Virus record (IMG/VR): IMGVR_UViG_3300037313_000674
Location: 1-47,780 of that record
DNA length: 47,780 nt
Origin: a virus
Direction: 5' to 3' (one strand)
The position numbers and the translations under genes were made by a program. Every line of letters begins with the position of its first letter. The stretch's first letter is position 1. The notes beneath the pieces were generated by a model. The model had not been told where the DNA came from. It did not search any database and was given only the letters and a program-made list of their open reading frames with translations. Shown here piece after piece: positions 22,636-32,466 of the stretch.

Positions 22636-25600
22636 TTGCCGACCTCTGTCGAACGTTTTTGATCGTTATTTTCTACACTATCCGGTTGACGATTTCCAGA
22701 TGCGGCCGCGAGCAGTTTGTTGAGCCTGGCGTTCCATGCCGGCGTGCCGATTTCCTTGACGTTGCGGGTCAAGAGGTGCTGCGCCAAGTCAGGATTGAAC
22801 CACAGATCGGTCAGAATGTGCTCCACGTCCTGCGTTTTCGTGCTCATGCTGCCGATCGCGTCAGCAAACAGGCGAAGCGTGCGCGTGACACCGCCGCCCT
22901 TCAGGACGCCGTAATGGGCCTTGGTTGCGGCCTCGATCATCCGCCACCGCTTCGACGACGTATCTTTGGCCGCAGAAAGAAAGTTCTGGAACGTGTCGGA
23001 TCCGCCCGTCACCTTCACGTCCAGGTTGGCGGCCACGTCGAGCAGCTTGTGCGCCTGCCGGAGGCTGTTCATTTCCTCCGGCGTGTAGACCTTGGCCAGC
23101 GTCTGCTCGTGCTTGGCAAACAGGCGATCGAGCGCCGCACGGCTGAACTTTTCGGTATCGGGGAAGCCGACATTCTTGCCGGTCGTCGACGCCCTGCCGG
23201 TGATCCAGTCGCGCACGGCGGCCTTCAGGCCATCGGTCGCTTTCTGGTCGCCGCTGAGCCGCGCCACGAGATCGCCCATCTTCTTCGCCGGATCGCCAGA
23301 GCCCATAATGCTGGCGATGGTGTTTTCCGGGTCGTTGCCGATGGCGTGTTGCAATGCCGATCGGCGCAGCGTGTCTTCGGTCATGCCGAGATTCTGCTGC
23401 GCATACTGGACATCCATGGCCAATTGCCGCGATAGACGGCCGCCTTGATCGGCACGGGCCAATTCCTGATCGACGCGCTGCCGAAGGGCCGGAAACTGGT
23501 CGATCACCGCCTGCCGGTCACGCGCCCATTGGCGCATCCGGTCATAGCGAAGCTCGCCATTGCCGTTGAGCACGTTCGATTTGGCCAAATCACCGAGCAT
23601 CCATTCGGTTGCGTTTTGCGCCGTCACCGGGTTGCCGTTGACATCGATGGCGCGCTGCAGGGAATTGGCGTCTTCGGGCTTGGCCAGGAACTTCTGCGCA
23701 AACTCGCTCGGGCGCGTGGCGCTGCTTTCGTCGCCGGTCTTCACGGCACGTTTTAGCTGCTGGCTGTATTCGCCGGCCTTGCCGGTGCGGAACCGGGGCG
23801 CGAAATTGTTGGCGTAGTTGGCCGCCGCTTGCGGATTGACGGCATCGATGCGGTCGGCCAGCATGGCGTTCAGCTTGTCGATCTGCGTCACGTCCCGGCC
23901 GGCGGCGACTGCGTCCTTGCGCATCGCGCCAACGTCAGTCTTGAGCACCTTGAGATCGCCATATGTCAAATCCCGGAAGGTCATTTCGCCGGTCTCGGGG
24001 TCGACCTGCTGCACCAGCCCGCGAATGCGGCCGAGCGCATTGGCGTAGTCGGTTCCTTGCTGCGCGGCCCGTGGCACGGTGGCATTGATGTCGTCGAGAG
24101 CTGCGCTGATGTCGGCGCCATCGATGGCCGTGTTTTGAGGAACGGCGTCGTAGAGCGCGTTCTTCTCGGCGGTGGCGGCTTCGTTCTGATTGCGAAATTC
24201 GGTGTCAAGAGCGGTCGACCGTTCCGGCTGCCGGCGGCGCGCTTCCTCTAGCATCGCATTCTGCGCGTTGATGTCCTGCGTGCCTTGCGCTTCAGCCACG
24301 CGCGCCGTTTCGAGCTTGTTCCGGGCTGCGCCAAGGGTGTCGTCATACTGCCGGGTCATGGCGTTGACCATGTCCTGGCTCTCGGCCTGCGCCGGCACGG
24401 TTGATTTGATCTTGTCGGATGCGAGCGCGTTGCGCGCTGCGTCGCTCTCGGCGAAGCGCTGCGGATTCTTGGTCCGCGCCACCTTCTCGTTCAGGGACAT
24501 GCCGATGTCGTTGGCGAGCATGCCGGTCGTCGGCATCTGGTCGGCGTTGGCGAACTGGCCAAAATCCTGCTTGGCGGCTTCAAGGTTGGCGACGGTCTTG
24601 CCGGTGTCGGTCGGCATGTTCTGCGCGATGCGCGCAGCCATGTCCATTTCGGACGGCTTGAACGCCTTGTTCGTCGCCGGGTTGACTGGCGTGCTCGGGT
24701 CCGTGAACATGCCGAACTTGTCCGCGGCGAAGTCTCTCGCGTTGGAAATCGTGCTGTCGACCAAGGCGTGGCCGGCTGAATTGATCGTCGCGCCGGCATG
24801 CGCGCCCATCAGCGCAGCGGCGATCTGACCGAGCGGACCAAGCTTCTCTTTCAGCCAATCCGGGACATATTCGTTGTAGCCTTCCGACGTGACGCCGGCC
24901 GTCGTCCCTGCCAATGCGTCTCCCATCAGCGCCTTCGACGGATTGACGGCATATGGTGCTTCCATCGTCGCCAGGATTCCGCTTTCGGCCGGAGCCGCGG
25001 CGTTCTTGGCGGCCAATGCGCCACCAGCGAGCAACGCCCCGGTGCCGAACCGCAAGCCGGTGCCGAGCAGCCGGTCCTGCGCCGACACATCGTTCGGGCT
25101 GATCTGCATCGACTGGTCTTCCGGCACAGCGCCGGTCATGTGCCCGATGGCGTCTTCGGCGGAAATGCGCTTCTGGTTGAGCCAATCGGACGAGCCCGGC
25201 AGCGACGCCGGGATGCGGGTGTCGACATTGCCGCCGAACAGATTGGCGACCTTGTCCGCGCCCCAAAGAGCGGTATTGCCGAGCAGGCTCGACAAATCCA
25301 CTGGCGCGCCAACAATGTCGAGCGGCGCCTTGGCCATCTGCTGCAGCTTGTAGGTAGCCGGGTCGTTGAGGTCGTTGCGTTCGCGATAATTCTGGTTGAC
25401 CATGTCCTTCAGGGACTGGTCGGTGATCTCGGCTTTCGGCACTTCCGCGCCGATCGATGCAGGTGCATCGAACATCCCGGCCGTCGGCGTGACCGAATTG
25501 ATGGCGTTGTGCTCAGATTGCTTGGCGACTTCCTGTTGGCCAATCGTATTGAAGATGTGCTCGGCTTCAATAGCCTGCTGGTCCGGAGAGAGGGCCAAAA

Positions 25601-25649
25601 ACTCCGGGCCGACTTCGACGCGCTTGCCTGCGATCTCAAGGATTGCCAT
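22632..25649 (-). CDS. Large internal virion / ejection protein (1005 aa; T7 gp16-like by position)
   Basis: The call rests on size, alpha-helical A/Q/D-rich composition and position after the smaller core proteins. No enzymatic motif was recognised. Confidence 0.6.
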   Translation of the reverse strand: MAILEIAGKRVEVGPEFLALSPDQQAIEAEHIFNTIGQQEVAKQSEHNAINSVTPTAGMFDAPASIGAEVPKAEITDQSLKDMVNQNYRERNDLNDPATYKLQQMAKAPLDIVGAPVDLSSLLGNTALWGADKVANLFGGNVDTRIPASLPGSSDWLNQKRISAEDAIGHMTGAVPEDQSMQISPNDVSAQDRLLGTGLRFGTGALLAGGALAAKNAAAPAESGILATMEAPYAVNPSKALMGDALAGTTAGVTSEGYNEYVPDWLKEKLGPLGQIAAALMGAHAGATINSAGHALVDSTISNARDFAADKFGMFTDPSTPVNPATNKAFKPSEMDMAARIAQNMPTDTGKTVANLEAAKQDFGQFANADQMPTTGMLANDIGMSLNEKVARTKNPQRFAESDAARNALASDKIKSTVPAQAESQDMVNAMTRQYDDTLGAARNKLETARVAEAQGTQDINAQNAMLEEARRRQPERSTALDTEFRNQNEAATAEKNALYDAVPQNTAIDGADISAALDDINATVPRAAQQGTDYANALGRIRGLVQQVDPETGEMTFRDLTYGDLKVLKTDVGAMRKDAVAAGRDVTQIDKLNAMLADRIDAVNPQAAANYANNFAPRFRTGKAGEYSQQLKRAVKTGDESSATRPSEFAQKFLAKPEDANSLQRAIDVNGNPVTAQNATEWMLGDLAKSNVLNGNGELRYDRMRQWARDRQAVIDQFPALRQRVDQELARADQGGRLSRQLAMDVQYAQQNLGMTEDTLRRSALQHAIGNDPENTIASIMGSGDPAKKMGDLVARLSGDQKATDGLKAAVRDWITGRASTTGKNVGFPDTEKFSRAALDRLFAKHEQTLAKVYTPEEMNSLRQAHKLLDVAANLDVKVTGGSDTFQNFLSAAKDTSSKRWRMIEAATKAHYGVLKGGGVTRTLRLFADAIGSMSTKTQDVEHILTDLWFNPDLAQHLLTRNVKEIGTPAWNARLNKLLAAASGNRQPDSVENNDQKRSTEVGK
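22647..22677 (-). promoter_or_regulatory. Element copy (12/14) embedded in the last codons of the 1005-aa gene, 12 nt upstream of the GH19 start
   Basis: The minus strand reads TGTAGAA-aataacgatcaaaaacg-TTCGACA-GAGG-tcggcaa-ATG. Confidence 0.45.
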
Positions 25650-27147
25650 CGGGGAGAATCCTGAATGGGATGCCGGTCGGCGTCTTCATGACCGGCGTAT
25701 CGGCCACCGGCTTTTTCTCGACTTCTGCCCTTGGCGGCACGATTGTTGTTTCGGTCGGCGTCTTTCCAAGCGCCTCCTGATTGACCTTGTCGTAGCCGTG
25801 CACGATATCGATCGCGTTCTGCAGCCGAGTTTGCATGTCCTGCTGGCTTGTAAAGATCGAATGCGGATCGCCCATGATGCGGGTGAAGAACTTCACATCC
25901 TTGTCGGATAGCTTCGAACCAGTCTGTGCGGCAGCAGCAGCCGCCATCTGGTACGTCAGCAACGCCCAATCCTGCGACACTTGCGGCAAGCGGCGATCGT
26001 ACAGCGCGGGCAGAGTGTTGGGATCGATGCCCGCCGCCGCAGCGTCGGCGCGCGCTTCGTCGAGCATGGCCTGTGTTGCTTTTGCATCGCCGAAGATCGA
26101 GAGCATGCCCTTTGCGCCCTGCAAAGCTTCCTGGCCGTAATACCGTGCGAGACCTTGCGCACCGAACAGCTCCGGATGCTTGGTAAGCTCCATGGCCCGC
26201 GACGCGAGCACATCGAATTTCTTGACCTCGATCGAGTTGTTCTGCAGACCGGTCTTGACGGCGTTCGTCACGCCGGTATCGGTGGCCGAGCCCTGGACCG
26301 TGCCGATGTAGCCGCCGGGAGGCAAAGGATTGCCGTTGACATCGGTCCGGCCGTCGTAGGTCAACACGGTCTTGCCGCCGGGCATGATATAGTTCCGCGG
26401 CGTGAGCGCCCTCGAATTGGCCGGCAAGTTCGCGCCGAGCACCTGCCGCTGCTCCGGCGACAGCCCGGCCAAATCCGCCCAATTCTTGTCAAGCAGGATG
26501 CTCTTTTGCTGCGATTCCGTCGTCAACGGCTGGATCGACATGGCCTGATCCGATGGCACGAATACCGGCTGCCCGGTGTTCGGATCGAACCCGGCGATAG
26601 GCTTTGTCCGCAGAGTCTCCTGCGACTGGTCGACACTATACCGGCGGTCGGCACTCTGCTGCTGATCGGCCGCAGAAATATTGTCATGCGCATAGCGCTT
26701 GAACCCGACATTCTGATCAACGTTATACCGGCGATCGCCACTTTCGAGATTGTGCGCCCTGGTCGTCTCGGCCAGCGTCTGCGCAAAAGCGGGCTGCGTG
26801 GCCGAATAGGGGTCGCCGGCCGCGATCTGCCAGTTCGCCGTCCGCGGGTCCGAAGCGCCGTATTCCGTCGCCGCGCCCATGCGGCCAAGCTCAGCAAACT
26901 TTGCCGGGTCGTAGCCGGCGCCGATGATCATGGCCTGCGCGAGCGGGCTGTTGCCGAGTTCCTGCGCCTTCTTCGCGGCCACCAGCTTCATCAGGTTGTC
27001 TGTTTCGCGATTGTCGCGCTGCATCGCATAGAGCTTTTCGCTGTTCAGCTCACGCTCCAGGTTGTTGCCCCAAAGCGACTGCCCAAGGCGCGACATTGTG
27101 TCGGCCAGGTCGCTGTTGCCGGTGAAGGTCGAAATGATCTTGACCAT
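25636..27147 (-). CDS. Internal virion protein (503 aa; gp15-like by position)
   Basis: Called from its position in the late operon only. Confidence 0.55.
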   Translation of the reverse strand: MVKIISTFTGNSDLADTMSRLGQSLWGNNLERELNSEKLYAMQRDNRETDNLMKLVAAKKAQELGNSPLAQAMIIGAGYDPAKFAELGRMGAATEYGASDPRTANWQIAAGDPYSATQPAFAQTLAETTRAHNLESGDRRYNVDQNVGFKRYAHDNISAADQQQSADRRYSVDQSQETLRTKPIAGFDPNTGQPVFVPSDQAMSIQPLTTESQQKSILLDKNWADLAGLSPEQRQVLGANLPANSRALTPRNYIMPGGKTVLTYDGRTDVNGNPLPPGGYIGTVQGSATDTGVTNAVKTGLQNNSIEVKKFDVLASRAMELTKHPELFGAQGLARYYGQEALQGAKGMLSIFGDAKATQAMLDEARADAAAAGIDPNTLPALYDRRLPQVSQDWALLTYQMAAAAAAQTGSKLSDKDVKFFTRIMGDPHSIFTSQQDMQTRLQNAIDIVHGYDKVNQEALGKTPTETTIVPPRAEVEKKPVADTPVMKTPTGIPFRILPDGNP

Positions 27148-27156
27148 CGCCCCGCC

Positions 27157-27861
27157 TTACTGAATGAAGGCCTGGCGGCGCATGCCGTACCAGGGGTCTG
27201 CCGAAGCCGCCGTCGTTGGCGCGCCGCCATAATGCGAGCCCGCCCACGATCCATACATGTTGCCGACACCGCTGATGATAGCGCCGAGCGGCGAAATCGG
27301 CTCCGTGGCCTTCCATTCGGCGATGTCCTGCGCATATGGCAGGATGGCGGAATTGCCGGCGGCCTTGTTCGTCGTGACGCCGATATCCCTGCCGGCCTGC
27401 GCGTCCATGAATCCCTGCTTGAGCCAGCTATCGCCATAGCCGCCGAGCTTGCTCAACGCCTTGGCGCGGTCTTTGCCTTCGGCGATGACGGACTTCATGC
27501 GCGACGCGAGATCGCTATCGACGATATCGGGCGCCGACCCGCTGATCGACGCGCCTTCGTTCTTCTGGATTTCGGGCGTCTTTTCGACGGCCTTGTTCAG
27601 GACATCCTGCCGGCTTTTGGATGCTTTTTGCTGCTGGTCCTGCGTTTTGTTGGCATCGGCGACGCGCTGCGCGAACGTGTCTCGGGACTGTTGCGCCAGC
27701 GTGTCGTTCTTCGCCATCGTCGCCTGCAACACGCGATTGCGGGCTTCCGCCTGCCGTTCAGCGTTCTGCTGCATTTCGTTTTGCGTGATCATCGTACCGG
27801 CCACGCCTGCGCCGGATGCGATCAGTGGCGCTAGCCACGCGAGTTCAGCCCCGAAGCACAT
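27157..27861 (-). CDS. Internal virion protein with an N-terminal TM segment (234 aa; gp14-like by position)
   Basis: The sequence begins MCFGAELAWLAPLIASGAGVAGTMI and continues as a Q/A/K-rich helix. Confidence 0.55.
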   Translation of the reverse strand: MCFGAELAWLAPLIASGAGVAGTMITQNEMQQNAERQAEARNRVLQATMAKNDTLAQQSRDTFAQRVADANKTQDQQQKASKSRQDVLNKAVEKTPEIQKNEGASISGSAPDIVDSDLASRMKSVIAEGKDRAKALSKLGGYGDSWLKQGFMDAQAGRDIGVTTNKAAGNSAILPYAQDIAEWKATEPISPLGAIISGVGNMYGSWAGSHYGGAPTTAASADPWYGMRRQAFIQ

Positions 27862-28625
27862 CAGTAAATCACCTTTCCGGAACCGTCGACATTGTTATAC
27901 GGGCTCACATACGTGCGCATCGGCGTGTTCTGCGCCGCGTTCGTGTAGCTGAGCCACGGGTTGAGCGCCGATGTGAACAATTGGCCGAGCGGTGAATATG
28001 TCGGCGGCTGCACCAGCGCCGTGGCCGAGCCGACGGCCTGGGCGTTGACACCCATCGGGTCCGCCGAAGCTTCGTTGAGGCTGTAGAGATTGCTCTTGGC
28101 GCTCTGCACGTTGCTGCGCAGCTTGTTCGCGGCGTCGAGCGCTTCGTTGGAGATGTTGGTCTTCGCCTCGCCGAGCTTCTTGAACAGGTCCGCTTGCGCC
28201 GAGTTTCCGACCGAGCTTTCCAGCATGCCGCGGTCGGCGAGCGAACCGACCAGCTTGTCGTTCGTCTGGTGATACTGATCCTGGACCTGCGGATCGTAGT
28301 AGTTGGTGTAGTCTTTGCGGTAGTCTTTGTAGTAACCGTTGTCGAACTGGTTGAAATTCTTGTCGATGGCGATCTTGCCGAGATCGATTGAGTGCTGACG
28401 GATCATCTCGCGGATATTCATATCGGCTTGCGGGTCGCGGCTCAAACCGGCGATGCGATGCTTGAAATTGGCGTAGTTCTCGTAATCGTTCAGGTCGCCG
28501 AAGTCGGCCCCGTGGCGCGCGTCTTTCAGATCCTGGCGTGCCCATTGGCCCCAGTTCTTCGTGAACTGGTCGTATCCGTGGTTCCAGGCATCGTATTGGT
28601 GATTTCCGCCGCTGCCGAAGCACAT
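27861..28625 (-). CDS. Virion protein (254 aa), N/Y/D/Q-rich
   Basis: The sequence begins MCFGSGGNHQYDAWNHG.... It shares the first 11 nt (ATGTGCTTCGG) with the next gene. Confidence 0.55.
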   Translation of the reverse strand: MCFGSGGNHQYDAWNHGYDQFTKNWGQWARQDLKDARHGADFGDLNDYENYANFKHRIAGLSRDPQADMNIREMIRQHSIDLGKIAIDKNFNQFDNGYYKDYRKDYTNYYDPQVQDQYHQTNDKLVGSLADRGMLESSVGNSAQADLFKKLGEAKTNISNEALDAANKLRSNVQSAKSNLYSLNEASADPMGVNAQAVGSATALVQPPTYSPLGQLFTSALNPWLSYTNAAQNTPMRTYVSPYNNVDGSGKVIY

Positions 28626-28717
28626 TGCGCAGGCACCCTCTAAAGGGAACCGGTGCGGCGAGCCCCGGCGTCATTACGCCCGCAATGGCCGAAAGATATC
28701 AAAACCGGCGGCGGTTG

Positions 28718-29155
28718 TCACCCCCACCGGTAAACCTTCTCATTCTTGCCCGCGCTCGGGTATTCGACGGCGCCGAGCAGTTTCATCCACCGGCCGACTT
28801 CGGGATGCGGCGACTTGGAATATGTGTAGACGGCACCGAATTTCTTGCCCATCCACGCCATGAATTGGCGATAGGCGCGTGCGTTCTTGACGCTGTGTTC
28901 GAAGAAGCCGGTGGCGGCCACCAGGAAAGTGGTGGCGACGCCCTCATGCTCGGCAACGGCCAATACCGCCAGAACTTCGTCACGGTCGTCGAGAAAGGCG
29001 TAGCCCTGCGCCATGGTGGCCGACATCATGAACCTGAGAAACCGCGGCAGAAGCTCTTCCTCTCCCCATCCGTTGGCCGCCAGTTCGGCCTGCGTCTGGT
29101 CCGACAAATCCGCCAAAACCTCGTGGATGTGCTCCGGAAAGAGGTTGGTGATCAC
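28718..29155 (-). CDS. Hypothetical protein (145 aa; gp13-like position after the nozzle gene)
   Basis: There is a coupled overlap with the upstream gene. No motif was recognised. Confidence 0.5.
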   Translation of the reverse strand: MITNLFPEHIHEVLADLSDQTQAELAANGWGEEELLPRFLRFMMSATMAQGYAFLDDRDEVLAVLAVAEHEGVATTFLVAATGFFEHSVKNARAYRQFMAWMGKKFGAVYTYSKSPHPEVGRWMKLLGAVEYPSAGKNEKVYRWG

Positions 29156-31254
29156 TGCTTTTCGCCCTTCTCGAAGTGCTGCGCCAGTGACGACAGCGAC
29201 GCGAAGCCGGCCTGGTCACAGGTGAAACGGAGCGCGAAAAAGGCGCTGTAACCGGGCAATTTTGCCGCCATGTTGCTGAATGTGTTGCTGGTTAGCCTGC
29301 CGATCGTGATCGACTTCGACGTGTCGTTCTGGTCGGGCAGCAACTCGACCAGCCATTCCCCGGTGGCGGTCTGATCGAAGCCCTCCCACGCCTTGAACGC
29401 CGCCGGGTCGCTCGCGGACATGAACGGCGTTTCGACGACTGTCTCATACTCGCCCGCGTCGGGGTATTCCGTGCCGTCCTCGCCGCCGTAGGCGTAAATG
29501 GCGTTGTTGCATCGGACGTAAATCGTATCGCCGCAACGGACCATGTTGTCGATGTCGTGGTCGAACTGGATATAGCTCCAGGCCGTGATTTTCGACATCG
29601 GGAAATAGCTGAGCACGATGATCTTTTGCTTCAGCGCCATGAAGAAGCGCCCGTCTTCCGTCTCGATCACGCTGATTGCCTTGTACGCGTCTGACCGCGC
29701 GGTGCCGTTCAGCAGTGAACGAATGAACGGGTCGATGGCGCTGCCGATGTCGCTGGTGAAAGCGCCATCGTAGCCTTCCCGGCTTTTCAGGGAGCGAATG
29801 CCGGTTTTATCGAGATAGAAGGTGTCGCTCGCGCCGTAGGATATCATGGATTTCGGCGCGAACGTGCCGGTGTTCTTCAGCGGTTGCGCGATTGTAATGT
29901 TCTGCGCATCCGCAGCCAGCGTATAAAGCACAACATTCGATTCCGCGAAGATCGCAGCTTTGCCATTGTAATCCTCGACGCCATAAAGCTCCTGCGCGCC
30001 TTCCGATTGGCTGGAAATGTTGATGAAGCCGGCTCCGGTCGACGCATCCGTGTCCGTCCAGTCGGTCGGACCGTTCAGCTTGCAATACTGCAGCAGCCCG
30101 CCGCGCGTCGACCAGACGCGCTGCTTGGCGATGTAAAGGGAATCGCCGGTATTTGATGCCAGCCCGGTCGTCCAGAACCAATCGCCACCGTTGATCTGGA
30201 CCGCCCACGCGGACGGACCGTAATAGACATCGGCGTCGACCGTCAGCTTGACGATCTTGGCCACTGGTGCCCGGTAGTCGACGCCGCCGCTGACATTGAC
30301 CGTGCTGATGTCGATGATGCCGGACGTGGTGACACTGATGACGTCGCCGTTGCGGCTCGCGCCGATGCCTGGATTGGCCGTCAGGGTGATGAGCCCGCCG
30401 ACCGAAATCGCGGTGTAGCCGTAGGTGTCGGAATGGCTGTTGATCTCTTCGACGACGGCGTGCGCCGTGTCGTCGACATCGTTTTCCCAAAAGATCGGAT
30501 TGCCCGCCAGGAGATCGACGCCATCGGCGAGAACTTCGATAATGGCGGCGTTGTTGACGCCGCTGTTGATCGTAAGCGAGGCGGTCGCCTGCACTTCTGC
30601 GATCTCGGTCACGTTGGCCTGAACCGTCGTCGCCGCCAGGCTCGGATTGTACGCGCCTGGCGTGTCGGAATTCTCGGCCACATCCGTGCTAACCGTAAAG
30701 TTCTCGCCCGGCGTCACGGCCTTGACGATGACCTTGTTGTTGGAAACCTTGGCCGTGACGACGCCGAGCCCGCGAATGAACTTGGCGAGCCGTTTGGCCA
30801 CCGTGCGCTTGGAATCGCCATCGTCGGCCAGCGTCGTCCAATCGTCAATCAGGGTGGTGTTGTAGAAGTGCATCAGGCCGCCGTCGTCGTAAGTGGCGAT
30901 GACATACATCTTGCCGTCGAACGGCTTTGCGTCGACGACACCGGTCATATCATAGGTCATGCCGGCTGTGCCGCCGGGGATAGGCGAAAGCAGTTGCTGG
31001 TATTCGATGTCCTCGGGCATGCTGCCCGGCTCGTTGTCGCTGCCGAAGACATAAAGACGGTTGTCGAGCACGCCGAGCCCGAACGTGCCGGACGGGAGCG
31101 TGTGCGTCTGAATGAATTTCTTGGCACGCTCGACATCGCCGCCGCGGGAGACGACGCCGTTCTTCAGTGTCCAGAGCGTGCCGGGGATGCCCACCGCCTG
31201 CTTGCGACGGCGGTCCATGCCATATTTGAAATCGTTTATGGCAAGATAGGCCAT
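29152..31254 (-). CDS. Tail tubular / nozzle-like protein (700 aa; beta-propeller-like repeats)
   Basis: The call rests on size and position after the adaptor-like gene. Repeated strand motifs such as LYVFGSD, YVIATYDDGG and IYAYGGEDG are present. Confidence 0.55.
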   Translation of the reverse strand: MAYLAINDFKYGMDRRRKQAVGIPGTLWTLKNGVVSRGGDVERAKKFIQTHTLPSGTFGLGVLDNRLYVFGSDNEPGSMPEDIEYQQLLSPIPGGTAGMTYDMTGVVDAKPFDGKMYVIATYDDGGLMHFYNTTLIDDWTTLADDGDSKRTVAKRLAKFIRGLGVVTAKVSNNKVIVKAVTPGENFTVSTDVAENSDTPGAYNPSLAATTVQANVTEIAEVQATASLTINSGVNNAAIIEVLADGVDLLAGNPIFWENDVDDTAHAVVEEINSHSDTYGYTAISVGGLITLTANPGIGASRNGDVISVTTSGIIDISTVNVSGGVDYRAPVAKIVKLTVDADVYYGPSAWAVQINGGDWFWTTGLASNTGDSLYIAKQRVWSTRGGLLQYCKLNGPTDWTDTDASTGAGFINISSQSEGAQELYGVEDYNGKAAIFAESNVVLYTLAADAQNITIAQPLKNTGTFAPKSMISYGASDTFYLDKTGIRSLKSREGYDGAFTSDIGSAIDPFIRSLLNGTARSDAYKAISVIETEDGRFFMALKQKIIVLSYFPMSKITAWSYIQFDHDIDNMVRCGDTIYVRCNNAIYAYGGEDGTEYPDAGEYETVVETPFMSASDPAAFKAWEGFDQTATGEWLVELLPDQNDTSKSITIGRLTSNTFSNMAAKLPGYSAFFALRFTCDQAGFASLSSLAQHFEKGEKQ

Positions 31255-31962
31255 TTAGGTTCCCGTGATGCGAATGACCGCCCGGCCGGTATCGAACTGC
31301 TCGACGCCTGTGCCGACACCGATCTGTACCGGCGCACTGGCGTTGCGGGCGCCCCGCACGGCCTTCTGGTTCAGGAGATCGTTGGCGAGATCACGCTTGG
31401 CCGCCGCTTCTTCCTTGTTGACGGAAAGCATCAGCTCGGCGGCGGCGAACAGGACAACGACCGCGTCATCCAGGGGGCAGACATCGTCATCGTTCACGAG
31501 CGGATCGACCGTCTGATAGCCTTCGAGATACAGGTACTGCTCGCTCGCCGGCAGCGGCCAGACTTCGATCTGCGTGGCCCCATCGACATCGACGAAATCG
31601 AATTTCAGGACCGGGTCGGCGCGTTCGTCGTCTTCCGGATCCCAAATCTGATAGTCGTCGAATTCGACGCCCTGGCGCAGCTCGTAGAAACTGCCGCCGT
31701 ATTTCAGCTTGAAAAAGGTGACGCGCTCTTGGTCAAGCCCGTCCGGCAGGTCATAATACCGCTGGCCGGCGTTGAGCGTGACGCGCGGGAACTTGCGGTG
31801 CAGGAACGGCCAATCCCGCTTGTGCGCGACGATCTGGCAAATGTGGTTGATCGTCTGCTTGAGTGATGCGAGGTCTTCGACACCGACGGCCGGGTCTTGC
31901 GATCGCCGAAGCTCGGCGCGCAACTGCAGCACCAATTCGCTGAAAGCCACATTGCGCGCCAT
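31255..31962 (-). CDS. Head-tail adaptor-like protein (235 aa; T7 gp11-like by position)
   Basis: Called from position. The N-terminal ...LKQTINHICQIVAHKRDWPF... resembles adaptor N-termini. Confidence 0.45.
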   Translation of the reverse strand: MARNVAFSELVLQLRAELRRSQDPAVGVEDLASLKQTINHICQIVAHKRDWPFLHRKFPRVTLNAGQRYYDLPDGLDQERVTFFKLKYGGSFYELRQGVEFDDYQIWDPEDDERADPVLKFDFVDVDGATQIEVWPLPASEQYLYLEGYQTVDPLVNDDDVCPLDDAVVVLFAAAELMLSVNKEEAAAKRDLANDLLNQKAVRGARNASAPVQIGVGTGVEQFDTGRAVIRITGT

Positions 31963-31967
31963 GGGGC

Positions 31968-32378
31968 TTACGCCTCTTCGAGTTCGGGGATAACCAGATC
32001 GTCGTCGGTGGCCAAGTTGAGGTCATCGTCGACCATGGGCTCGGGAGCTTTCGCAGGCCCCGGCTTCTTCGCCCCGGCCTTGAGCAGCGGGACGCCCGGC
32101 ATCGCCTCCGGCAGCGCGCCGGCCACGCCGAAGACGCCGTTGACCGACTTTACGCCGTCGATCGTCGAAAGGCCCTCGCCGTAGAGATTGTGGAGCCTGT
32201 TGCGCTCCTGCGTGTCGCTGAGCTTGGATTTCAAGCCGGTGTGCTCGATATCCGCGATGGCGTCTTCGCCGCCGTGGATCGTGCGCAGCACATAGATTTC
32301 GGCCGCGGTAACTTTTTCCTTGCGCACTTCGTGCAGGAGCGAGCCGTGAAGCCGAACCTTGCAGTTATAGAGCTGCAT
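31968..32378 (-). CDS. Hypothetical structural-module protein (136 aa) with an acidic C-terminus
   Basis: GAGGAAACAAC lies upstream of the ATG. No motif was recognised. Confidence 0.55.
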   Translation of the reverse strand: MQLYNCKVRLHGSLLHEVRKEKVTAAEIYVLRTIHGGEDAIADIEHTGLKSKLSDTQERNRLHNLYGEGLSTIDGVKSVNGVFGVAGALPEAMPGVPLLKAGAKKPGPAKAPEPMVDDDLNLATDDDLVIPELEEA

Positions 32379-32434
32379 GTTGTTTCCTCGTGTTGAAAGG
32401 GGCGGCAGTCGCCCGTCGCCCCTTCAATCTAGCG

Positions 32435-32465
32435 TGTTGAACAACATTTGTCGATAGTTTCAACA
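32435..32465 (-). promoter_or_regulatory. Perfect element copy inside the late operon
   Basis: The minus strand reads TGTTGAA-actatcgacaaatgttg-TTCAACA. An 11-12 bp hairpin (32393-32427) and a third TTCAACA just before the RBS follow. Confidence 0.6.
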
Positions 32466-32466
32466 C

